Shown in pieces: positions 1 to 7,048 of a stretch of 64,000 bases of DNA. This DNA comes from a virus. The notes below the pieces were generated by a model. It had not been told where the DNA came from, did not search any database, and was given only the letters and a program-made list of their open reading frames with translations. Each line of letters begins with the position of its first letter. The stretch's first letter is position 1. The DNA is taken from positions 49,468-113,467 of IMG/VR virus record IMGVR_UViG_3300012685_000001, one strand, 5' to 3'. The translations under genes were made by a program, and so were the position numbers.

Positions 1-69
1 CACGCTGTCTGGTAGGCAATTTACGGTACAAAGCCGTAGGGATTGTTCCTAGCTACACTATCTTAAAGT

Positions 70-519
70 TTACTTACCAGTTCCAGCCTTGGCAGTAATG
101 GTAGGAACACCAGCTTCACCAGAAGGAACATAGATAACAGTGTTATTCTTACCAGACTTAGCAATACTTTCCATTGCCTGAATCATCTCGAACTGAACAT
201 AAAGAGGAGTCAGAGTCTTGGCAATCTCATCCTGAGCCTTACGAACACCTACAGACTGCTCATAGCGAATCTGAGCCTGCTGCTTTGTAACTTGAATACG
301 CTGCTTCTGATTACGAATCTCAATATCCGTTACCTTAACAGTATTATTCGCGTGAATCAATGCGATATTAGCGTTATTCTTAGCATCCGCAGTATTTTGA
401 CTACGACTGAATGCCTTGAAGCCTGCTGTAGCACCCATGATAATACCTAGCAGAAGAAACAATCCAAGCGCGCCTGCCAGAACAATCCTGACACCATTCT
501 TAAAATCTTCCTTGTCCAC
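70..519 (-). CDS. membrane protein, band-7/SPFH-like C-terminal coiled coil
   Basis: N-terminal TM helix, coiled coil, C-terminal 'LTPLYVQFEMIQAM..NTVIYVPSG..GVP' resembling SPFH tails. Confidence 0.55.
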   Translation of the reverse strand: MDKEDFKNGVRIVLAGALGLFLLLGIIMGATAGFKAFSRSQNTADAKNNANIALIHANNTVKVTDIEIRNQKQRIQVTKQQAQIRYEQSVGVRKAQDEIAKTLTPLYVQFEMIQAMESIAKSGKNNTVIYVPSGEAGVPTITAKAGTGK

Positions 520-553
520 TGTGCTCCCAATTAGTATTCCATTTAAACTAACG

Positions 554-636
554 TGATTCGGGTGGGATTCGAACCCACGTAGGATTTCTCCGGCAGATTA
601 AGAGTCTGCTCCAATTGGCCGCTCTGGCACCGAATC
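554..636 (-). tRNA. tRNA-Lys(CUU) with long variable arm (Tyr-like body)
   Basis: Acceptor GAUUCGG/CCGAAUC, anticodon arm GCAGA-CUCUUAA-UCUGC, V-arm GGA-GAAA-UCC, T-arm GUGGG-UUCGAAU-CCCAC. Confidence 0.85.
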
Positions 637-683
637 ATGTCCCGGTTCTTTCTTATAGGGGAACCGCGCTACTAAGACCCAAG

Positions 684-755
684 TGGAGCTACGGGGACTC
701 GAACCCCGAATTGAAGTATGCAAAACTTCCGTGTTACCGTTCACACTATAGCCCC
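684..755 (-). tRNA. tRNA-Ala(UGC)
   Basis: GGGGCUA acceptor with G3:U70; anticodon arm GAAGU-UUUGCAU-ACUUC. Confidence 0.92.
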
Positions 756-810
756 ATTGTGAGGACTTAACCGGTCCTCAGCGGGTATAACTACTTTAGC
801 AGACTAGATC

Positions 811-2391
811 TTACTTTGCAACCCAAGGCCACGTCTGTGATATTCCAGCTTCTATCAAAGGAATCATCTGGAAACCCTTGTCAGTCAGTCCACCAAAGGT
901 GTGACGCTTCTTGGAACCAGATTCACTCTGGCCAACAGCATACCCTCCGAGGTTCCAGGTGTAGACAGGAACATTAGCAGGTACAGAAGCAACAGGATCT
1001 CCACCGTAACCATTGTACTGCTCATCAGTGATGATCACAATACGGTCATGGTTCTTGAAGTTGCCGTTGACTGCTCCACGGGTATCAGTTCCACCCATGC
1101 TCTTGAACTTACTCAGCATAGGAAGAACAGACTGACCCTTACGGAAAGAAACTGTTTCGAAAGAAGGTCCACGCCATGCGTCACCAAACTGTACCAGATC
1201 TGCATTTTCAGCACGAAGTGCTAGTGCTGAACCAAAGATAGCAGCCGTGTCAGCTCTGTCAAGTCCCTGAGTTCCTCCGTTAGAAGTAAACATGGAACCA
1301 GAACGGTCAACCAGAACCAGTGTACGTCCCTTCAGAGAAGGCACATTGCTCAGAGAAGCCTCAAGGGCAGTCTCAAGCGCCGCAGCGATCTGAAGAGTAT
1401 CCTTGTTGGCCTGGTAAGCAGCAAGGAATCGGAAAGGGAACTGCTTACTCTTGGCAACCTGCGCAGGATCAGCAAGTTTTGCAAGAACATTCTGCATCAC
1501 TGGGACACTAATTCGGGCATCCTGGAAGTTCCGCAAGTTTCGAAGAAGTGCCATATATCCCATGGAAGGAATAACAGCTTCCCAGGCAACAGCATCCATA
1601 GGACCCTGAAGCCATCCGGAAAGAGCTTCCCAAGTCATTCCAGCATTCTTCATACGAGTAGCGTCCAGAAGGCCAGTAACTATTGCGCCCTTACGGTTTT
1701 CTACTGGAATACGCATTATATACTTTCGCGTATTAATCATCTCTAGTACGCCTGGAACAATCTCTACATTTCCATAACGACTAGCAAGAGCGTACTTGAA
1801 CAACTGCTCCTGAATCTCGTTATCAGGCTTAGGGTGAGTCAACTGAAGAACATCCGCGAAACGGTATCCCACAGAAGTATCGTACTTAAGAAGACTGTAC
1901 TCGTTATACAACTTCTTGGCACCATCCGCAACACCCTTCTTAAGGAAGGATGGGAAGTTCTTCCCGTACTTGGACTCGTAATAAGCCAGCACCTCACCAG
2001 GCTCATCAGCACGAGCCATAGAAGCGGCTACAAGGCCCCTAGGAGTCCCATTCAGCTGTCCTGAGTCCCAAAGGGCCTTGGCACCTTCTACACCCGCTAC
2101 AATCGCCGCTGAACGCATGAAGGCAGAGTTACGAAGCCAATAGACGAAACCGGCAAACCAGAATGAATTAGTTACCGCTACTTCGGCACACAACTTGGAG
2201 AAACGGTCATCACGGCTCTTGGCGTTCTCATAGAACGTATCCTGACCGACAAAGTTGGAAACTGCTAGCAAGAACAACTCAGATTGCTTAGTGCGCACAA
2301 AACCTGCCTTGAAGTCAGCATTCAGTGCTGCCTGAGTAGTCTTGACAGGAGAAGTAGTTCCTGTCTTCTTTACCTGATTGAACTTGCCCAT
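811..2391 (-). CDS. rsr: Ro60-like RNA-binding protein (TROVE + vWA)
   Basis: TROVE motifs (TFYE, RADEPGE, TWE, MALLRNLRN, QFPFRF) and vWA MIDAS 'VLVDRSGSM', 'GGTD', 'IITDEQ'. Confidence 0.95.
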   Translation of the reverse strand: MGKFNQVKKTGTTSPVKTTQAALNADFKAGFVRTKQSELFLLAVSNFVGQDTFYENAKSRDDRFSKLCAEVAVTNSFWFAGFVYWLRNSAFMRSAAIVAGVEGAKALWDSGQLNGTPRGLVAASMARADEPGEVLAYYESKYGKNFPSFLKKGVADGAKKLYNEYSLLKYDTSVGYRFADVLQLTHPKPDNEIQEQLFKYALASRYGNVEIVPGVLEMINTRKYIMRIPVENRKGAIVTGLLDATRMKNAGMTWEALSGWLQGPMDAVAWEAVIPSMGYMALLRNLRNFQDARISVPVMQNVLAKLADPAQVAKSKQFPFRFLAAYQANKDTLQIAAALETALEASLSNVPSLKGRTLVLVDRSGSMFTSNGGTQGLDRADTAAIFGSALALRAENADLVQFGDAWRGPSFETVSFRKGQSVLPMLSKFKSMGGTDTRGAVNGNFKNHDRIVIITDEQYNGYGGDPVASVPANVPVYTWNLGGYAVGQSESGSKKRHTFGGLTDKGFQMIPLIEAGISQTWPWVAK

Positions 2392-2393
2392 TC

Positions 2394-2597
2394 CTATTCT
2401 CCTATTTTCTCGAAGCGCTGCATACGCTTGCCATCACGTTCTACATACTCAACAAACTCATCCAAGGGACGCACTGAAATAATACCTTCTCCGTATTGCG
2501 CTGCATAAACTACCACATCTCTCCAGGAGCCACTTTCCTTTGCAAGGAACAGGACTCTATAAAGATTTCCCTTAAAATGTCTGTACAGCCCATGCAT
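2394..2597 (-). CDS. DUF1653-domain protein
   Basis: 'GLYRHFKGNLYRV..A..S....VVY..YG....VRP..EF......RF' signature. Confidence 0.85.
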   Translation of the reverse strand: MHGLYRHFKGNLYRVLFLAKESGSWRDVVVYAAQYGEGIISVRPLDEFVEYVERDGKRMQRFEKIGE

Positions 2598-2682
2598 TGT
2601 ACCTCCTATTTGTAGTACGTTATAAAGACAAAAATAATCCCCTAAAGTGCACTTTCGTGGACCTAGGGGAGGATTAAAAATA

Positions 2683-2791
2683 AGTTCCTAGAAAAAACGG
2701 TGTGAGGTATATAGGCGCCGTGCCTTAAGGGGACTCGAACCCCATGGGTTTCATATCAATTGAAGTAACCCCGTACCTTCGCATCGGAACT
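2683..2791 (-). ncRNA. Y RNA-like gene 1 (T-arm-only module)
   Basis: Terminal stem AGUUCC/GGAACU, shared GAUGCGAAG..GUUACUUC..UUUCUAG motif, internal GGGG-UUCGAGU-CCCC T-arm; upstream of rsr. Confidence 0.75.
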
Positions 2792-2799
2792 AAAAAATA

Positions 2800-2874
2800 T
2801 ACCCTAGAAAAAACGCCTACAGTGCTTTTTGATTACCAATTAATTTGAAGTAACTGTTGGCTACGCATCGGGTA
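2800..2874 (-). ncRNA. Y RNA-like gene 2 (minimal, no tRNA-like module)
   Basis: Terminal stem UACCC/GGGUA, GAUGCGUAG..GUUACUUC..UUUCUAG motif, upper stem GCC-A-ACAGU/ACUGU-A-GGC. Confidence 0.7.
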
Positions 2875-2892
2875 AAGCTTATTAAATTTTAA

Positions 2893-3033
2893 GACAACTA
2901 GAAAGAATCGATAAAAGTGCTTTATATACCGCTGCTCTGCCTCTGAGCTATCAACCATAGAATTGGCTGAGAAGGATTCGAACCTTCGTCACGCGGTTCC
3001 CTGTGAAGTAACTCTTATCTTCGCATCGCTGTC
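2893..3033 (-). ncRNA. yrlA: YrlA-type Y RNA (permuted tRNA-like domain)
   Basis: Same stem motif, then T-arm GAAGG-UUCGAAU-CCUUC, closed acceptor-like hairpin UCAGCCA/UGGUUGA and D-arm GCUC-AGAGGCA-GAGC, in T-acceptor-D order. Confidence 0.88.
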
Positions 3034-3101
3034 AAACTTAATAGATCTAGGCTCGGTTTCGACGTATCGCAAGATACCCTTGACAGCGTTCAAGATCTAA
3101 G

Positions 3102-3173
3102 CTCCCCGAGCTGGATTCGAACCAACAACCGGTCGATTAACAGTCGACTGCTCTGCCGTTGAGCTATCGGGGA
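3102..3173 (-). tRNA. tRNA-Asn(GUU)
   Basis: Cloverleaf; GUCGA-CUGUUAA-UCGAC. Confidence 0.95.
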
Positions 3174-3209
3174 ATAAACTCTATCCACAAGGAATAGAGT
3201 GGGTTAAAG

Positions 3210-3280
3210 CATGAGCTAGAGGATTTGAACCCCTGATGGCGGTTTTGGAGACCGACGTGTTACCACTACACTAAGCTCAT
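3210..3280 (-). tRNA. tRNA-Trp(CCA)
   Basis: Cloverleaf; anticodon loop CUCCAAA. Confidence 0.9.
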
Positions 3281-3296
3281 ATAGCCCGAAGGCTTT

Positions 3297-3503
3297 TTAC
3301 TTAATGGAATTAACTACACCCGTTAATCCATCATTTACAGCACTAGGCAACTTAGGGAAATTCGATACTAGCAGAATTCCCAACATAGCACCAGCTACAA
3401 TCTGTGCCAGCTTCCAACCCTGCTTAAGAATCATAACCCAAATGAAAAGGCCCATAAGTCCAACAGTTCCCAGAAAAGCTAGCAATGCATGTACGATATC
3501 CAT
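3297..3503 (-). CDS. small membrane protein (2 TM)
   Basis: Two hydrophobic segments; own promoter upstream. Confidence 0.65.
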   Translation of the reverse strand: MDIVHALLAFLGTVGLMGLFIWVMILKQGWKLAQIVAGAMLGILLVSNFPKLPSAVNDGLTGVVNSIK

Positions 3504-3545
3504 TTTTAACCCCTAGAAAGTTCTTGTCGTTCTCTCTTGTAGAGA

Positions 3546-3575
3546 AGCTTACTAAGAGTCTGTGGTACTTGTCAA
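3546..3575 (-). promoter_or_regulatory. sigma70/HrdB-type promoter
   Basis: TTGACA-N18-TAAGCT. Confidence 0.6.
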
Positions 3576-3578
3576 GCG

Positions 3579-3652
3579 TACCCACGGGGAGACTCGAACT
3601 CCCAAGCTCCTGAGCCTAAATCAGACGGCTGTGCCAATTCGCCTACGCGGGC
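3579..3652 (-). tRNA. tRNA-Leu(UAG), short variable loop
   Basis: Cloverleaf; anticodon loop UUUAGGC. Confidence 0.88.
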
Positions 3653-3730
3653 ATAACGACAGTTTTTCTGAAGCCCAACTTAATGGATGCTGTGCTCTTA
3701 CTCTTCAGAGGGCAAACTGTCAACCTCACG

Positions 3731-3803
3731 TAGTCCTAGTCGGATTCGAACCGACGCTGTCTCGATTTTAAGTCGAGTGTCTCTTCCGCTGGACTATAGG
3801 ACC
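3731..3803 (-). tRNA. tRNA-Leu(UAA), short variable loop (same anticodon as bldA)
   Basis: CUCGA-CUUAAAA-UCGAG. Confidence 0.9.
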
Positions 3804-3809
3804 AAGATG

Positions 3810-3883
3810 TACTCCTGGTCGGACTTGAACCGACACTAACATAGTTTTTGAAACTATGGCCTCTGCCTTTGGGCTACAGGAGC
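3810..3883 (-). tRNA. tRNA-Leu(CAA), short variable loop
   Basis: AUAGU-UUCAAAA-ACUAU. Confidence 0.9.
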
Positions 3884-4027
3884 ATAAGTGACTGTCTGGA
3901 TTCTCAATCCAGCGCCACTACACAGGTCTTTAGCGTTTAGTCGGATCATATCTTGGCTTTTATTGTACCCCGGAAGTACCTTCCAAGTCAAGACGACCGT
4001 GCCAGGAGTTACTGTGCAGAACCTAAG

Positions 4028-4099
4028 AGCCCCTTCCCGGATTCGAACCGAGCACTTGGCTTTACAAGAGCCGCGCTTTTCCTACTAAGCTAAAGGGGC
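4028..4099 (-). tRNA. tRNA-Thr(UGU)
   Basis: Anticodon loop CUUGUAA. Confidence 0.9.
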
Positions 4100-4106
4100 A
4101 AGAGCC

Positions 4107-4135
4107 ATTGTACTAGCCCAATGGCAGGCTGTCAA
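4107..4135 (-). promoter_or_regulatory. strong sigma70-type promoter in front of tRNA-Thr
   Basis: TTGACA-N17-TACAAT, 7 nt before the tRNA 5' end. Confidence 0.75.
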
Positions 4136-4136
4136 A

Positions 4137-4451
4137 TTATGCTGTTCCAGTAGCCTTTACCACAAAGTCAACAGTATCGTTGATTGTGGCCTGGTTTGGA
4201 AGAGCGAAAATAGAAGCGTTGTTCACATAAATTGTCCATAGGACAGAAGTATTGGTAACAGGATTACCCGCACTATCAGTTCCAGGTGGAACATCAGCGG
4301 CTACGATCTTCTTAACTGTAGAAGGAAAAGAAGCACCACCAGTTGTAGGAACTGGGAACACATAAGCATGTCCATCAGCACATACAATAGCACGAACCTG
4401 ATCATTCACAGCAAGAGCATCAGCCTTGACAATCGTATAAGTAAAAGCCAT
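4137..4451 (-). CDS. hypothetical protein
   Basis: 104-aa ORF with AAAGG RBS between tRNAs. Confidence 0.7.
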   Translation of the reverse strand: MAFTYTIVKADALAVNDQVRAIVCADGHAYVFPVPTTGGASFPSTVKKIVAADVPPGTDSAGNPVTNTSVLWTIYVNNASIFALPNQATINDTVDFVVKATGTA

Positions 4452-4527
4452 TTGTTAAACCTTTCTAGAAAGAATCACTAAGTGATCGCTATAGCTCTTT
4501 TAGTATATAGCATTTCTTTCTGAAACG

Positions 4528-4599
4528 TACTCCCAGAGGGAATTGAACCCTCTCCTAGGGCTTGAAAGACCCTGATACTAACCAATATACGATGGGAGC
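4528..4599 (-). tRNA. tRNA-Glu(UUC)
   Basis: AGGGU-CUUUCAA-GCCCU. Confidence 0.92.
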
Positions 4600-4796
4600 A
4601 TAACTATTGGTACTGGTAGGGCTTGCCAGTTTCGAACCTGAGCCTTTATTTCAGAATATCCAATAGTATCCGAGTCTAGTCCCACACATACTTCCTCGGT
4701 TTGCAGCATCTGACAGGCAGCCTATCTCTATTTTGGCTAGCAGTCTGTAGGAACCGATAGTCCCCCAGCGTCTTTGAGACCTGTCAGGTGTGATGC

Positions 4797-4870
4797 TGGT
4801 ATCCCTACAGGGACTTGAACCCTGTCTAGAAGCTTGAGAAGCTTCCGTACTACCTATATACGATAGGGAC
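4797..4870 (-). tRNA. tRNA-Glu(CUC), CCA encoded
   Basis: GAAGC-UUCUCAA-GCUUC; ends ACCA. Confidence 0.92.
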
Positions 4871-5052
4871 ATTAAATGGCTGGTGGTCTCATCCCTTGTG
4901 ACTACTTAGTTCCGCCACAAACTAAGGTTACTCCCACCTGGCGGCACCTGCCCTGTCTCTCGCCGCTTCTCAACACGGACAACCATCGGATGGATGATAA
5001 TTGCCAGCACTCCTCGTCTTCCTTGTGGGAAGAACTGTCCATCACGTGCACG

Positions 5053-5124
5053 CGCCCCATACGGGAATTGAACCCGCCGATTCAAGCGTGACAAGCTTGT
5101 GACCACCCAGCAGTCTCATGGGGC
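5053..5124 (-). tRNA. tRNA-Asp(GUC)
   Basis: CAAGC-UUGUCAC-GCUUG; G73. Confidence 0.88.
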
Positions 5125-5157
5125 AACAAAGTGCCCTTTAAGGTAGGACACAAACCT

Positions 5158-5460
5158 TTACTTCTTTAAATCTGTCTCAGGCCACGATAATATCGCCCTT
5201 TGCTCAACAACCGTACCATGGTTAACTACAGCTCGGGAAATATCTGAATAATCTTCGCCATACCGCAGAATTATCAAGTAGTTGTTGGGATAAAGCTTAG
5301 CAACCTCTTCCAGATCTGTCAACCAGGCATACCATTTGGAAGCTGACAGAGTTATATTTTCCTGCCACTCATCCCACTTGTAGCCAGAAGCACCATTGAG
5401 AACATCAGCTACAAAAGGTATATCTGTTCCATCTACTTCAAAATTTGAGTAATAACCCAT
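5158..5460 (-). CDS. hypothetical protein
   Basis: AGGAG RBS; 100-aa ORF. Confidence 0.75.
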   Translation of the reverse strand: MGYYSNFEVDGTDIPFVADVLNGASGYKWDEWQENITLSASKWYAWLTDLEEVAKLYPNNYLIILRYGEDYSDISRAVVNHGTVVEQRAILSWPETDLKK

Positions 5461-5477
5461 ATTTATCTCCTAACGCG

Positions 5478-5549
5478 CTGGAGTACTAGGATTCGAACCT
5501 AGACTGTCCTGATCCAAAGTCAGGTGGGCTGCCGTTACCCCATACTCCA
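5478..5549 (-). tRNA. tRNA-Gln(UUG)
   Basis: CCUGA-CUUUGGA-UCAGG; U1:A72. Confidence 0.93.
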
Positions 5550-5552
5550 AAG

Positions 5553-5689
5553 TGGTCCCTCGTGAGTGCCTTACCAAGATAATAGTCTTGACGCACTGCT
5601 TTTCAGTATCTTCCCGGCACTTTCCCACACCTTTACCATGGTTATTACATGTGTTCCAGATTCGTTCTTTTCCCAATTCTGTACGAGCG
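5553..5689 (-). ncRNA. candidate ACCA-terminated non-tRNA RNA
   Basis: CGCUCGU/ACGAGGG closing stem + ACCA; internal hairpin AGUGC..GCACU. Confidence 0.4.
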
Positions 5690-5723
5690 TTTAACAACTC
5701 TACCTGCCAAAAGATAGAGTAAA

Positions 5724-5845
5724 TGGTTGGACGTAGCTTGGCTTATCCCCAAGTTTCGACCTTGTCTTCATTTGCAACTTATCTAGAAAACGGCAAACTA
5801 TCATCCGGCTTATCCTTGCTCTTGTGCACTGAGCTTTGGCGTCCA
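5724..5845 (-). ncRNA. candidate ACCA-terminated tRNA-mimic RNA
   Basis: UGGACG/CGUCCA stem + ACCA; D-arm-like GCUC-AGUGCACAA-GAGC; no anticodon arm or T-arm. Confidence 0.5.
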
Positions 5846-5846
5846 G

Positions 5847-5917
5847 CTCCCCGACCTAGATTCGAACTAAGTCTAACGGTGTCAGAGACCGTTGTGCTGC
5901 CGTTACACCATCGGGGA
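5847..5917 (-). tRNA. tRNA-Gln(CUG)
   Basis: ACGGU-CUCUGAC-ACCGU. Confidence 0.92.
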
Positions 5918-6022
5918 ATAAACTAGGTGCGGATTATAAATACCTTTATCGCTCCAGAAGAGCAGTTGGTCCCTAGCAACCAAAAATAGTGCCCTGCTAT
6001 TACTAGCTGTTTATGGGCTAAG

Positions 6023-6095
6023 AGCGGTATGCCAGATTCGAACTGGCTCTTATAGTTTGGAAGACTATCGTGCTGCCGTTGAACACTAATACCGC
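6023..6095 (-). tRNA. tRNA-Gly(UCC)
   Basis: AUAGU-CUUCCAA-ACUAU; U73. Confidence 0.92.
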
Positions 6096-6202
6096 ATTGT
6101 ATGGATTTTTATTGACCGTGCTTCCCCGCAGGGGCTAGACTTCCATGTCGTATGACCTACCATACTTCAGACACACTAGGTCGTCAAACTGATCGAATTG
6201 GG

Positions 6203-6275
6203 AGCGCAGGTGGGAGTCAAACCCTACTACTTTCCAGGTTATGAGCCTGGTGAGACATCGTTTCTCTATCCGCGC
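6203..6275 (-). tRNA. atypical tRNA-Met(CAU)
   Basis: CCAGG-CUCAUAA-CCUGG; degenerate D-loop and T-arm. Confidence 0.7.
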
Positions 6276-6277
6276 AG

Positions 6278-6349
6278 TGGTTATGAAGGGACTCGAACCC
6301 TCGCGTACCGGGATATGAATCCGGCGCTCTGCCTCTGAGCTACATAACC
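6278..6349 (-). tRNA. tRNA-Met/Ile2(CAU)
   Basis: Anticodon loop UUCAUAU; canonical D and T arms. Confidence 0.85.
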
Positions 6350-6403
6350 ATAATCATGGTTTTTTATTGTGTTCCGCTACGGGATAACCATAAACCCGTA
6401 AAG

Positions 6404-6474
6404 TGGCCCCCACCGGACTTGAACCGATATTCAGCGGGCTTCAACCGCTTGTATTTCCTTTATACGAAAGAGCC
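6404..6474 (-). tRNA. tRNA-Phe(GAA)
   Basis: AGCGG-UUGAAGC-CCGCU. Confidence 0.88.
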
Positions 6475-6553
6475 ATAATGAGTTATTACCTGGTATTGAA
6501 CATCATATCTATTATTTATTATGAGGATGTATATACGTGCTGATAACTCAAAG

Positions 6554-6625
6554 TCGGATGCCTCAGAGTCGAACTGAGTTTATCTTGGTCCCAAACCAAG
6601 CGGATTACCGTCTTCCTCGCACCCG
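6554..6625 (-). tRNA. tRNA-Pro(UGG)
   Basis: CGGGUGC acceptor (C1:G72), CUUGG-UUUGGGA-CCAAG. Confidence 0.92.
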
Positions 6626-6808
6626 AGAACTCCTAAAGATTGGATCCATTAACGAAAGAGATCTCTAGGAGCTTTTTAAGGAGGCTATGCCATTATAACA
6701 TGTGGTCCAACAGCTCACAAGTCCCGAAGCTTGATGCCATTCTTGACATGATCTCTGCAAACCTTGATCTCTTTACCGTTATGGTACAAGATTACCGCAA
6801 CTGGAGTC

Positions 6809-7048
6809 TTATTGCAACGGGTCATCCAACAGCGGTTCTGTATTCCCGTCATCTGTTTTCTCCACGACTAGTTCTATCACATCATTACTCATTACCGCAA
6901 CTGTGATATATCCAGGTTCCGATGTTGTATCCAACACTAATCTAGTGGGAAGCATATTGTCAAGCAGATCTTGAGAAATTGTCCAGGAGCCCCCGAAGTT
7001 ATGGACAGCCAGAGCTAAGAACCTAGCAAGGTCTTGTTCAAGAGTCAA
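6809..7048 (-). CDS. hypothetical protein
   Basis: Overlapping operon ORF. Confidence 0.65.
   Translation of the reverse strand: MTLEQDLARFLALAVHNFGGSWTISQDLLDNMLPTRLVLDTTSEPGYITVAVMSNDVIELVVEKTDDGNTEPLLDDPLQ

Noticed and set aside
39-68. preQ1-I riboswitch-like CTAGCTACAC
   Set aside because: On the strand opposite to local transcription; lacks P1 and the A-rich tail
2928-2997. tRNA gene call
   Set aside because: The T-arm precedes the D-arm and there is no anticodon loop; it is the YrlA module, not a tRNA
2683-3033. CRISPR mini-array (given the Cas4-like gene)
   Set aside because: Repeats are degenerate with variable 75-141 nt units and paired ends; solo phage Cas4-like nucleases are common; no array seen
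3042-3099. Hammerhead ribozyme
   Set aside because: Core reads CUGUCAAG rather than CUGANGA, and no stem III/NUH site can form; the 5750-5775 motif likewise lacks a complete core
3930-3955. Group I intron S/R-like words (AAGAUAUGAUCC, GACUAAACG)
   Set aside because: Wrong order, no room for P3-P8, and no interrupted gene
4877-5845. tmRNA
   Set aside because: No GGGG..tag ORF..T-arm-CCACCA architecture; elements are too short
3562-5926. Short ORFs overlapping tRNAs or spacers (3562, 3888, 4651, 4876, 4906, 5470, 5723)
   Set aside because: They overlap tRNA genes or structured RNAs and have no coding signatures
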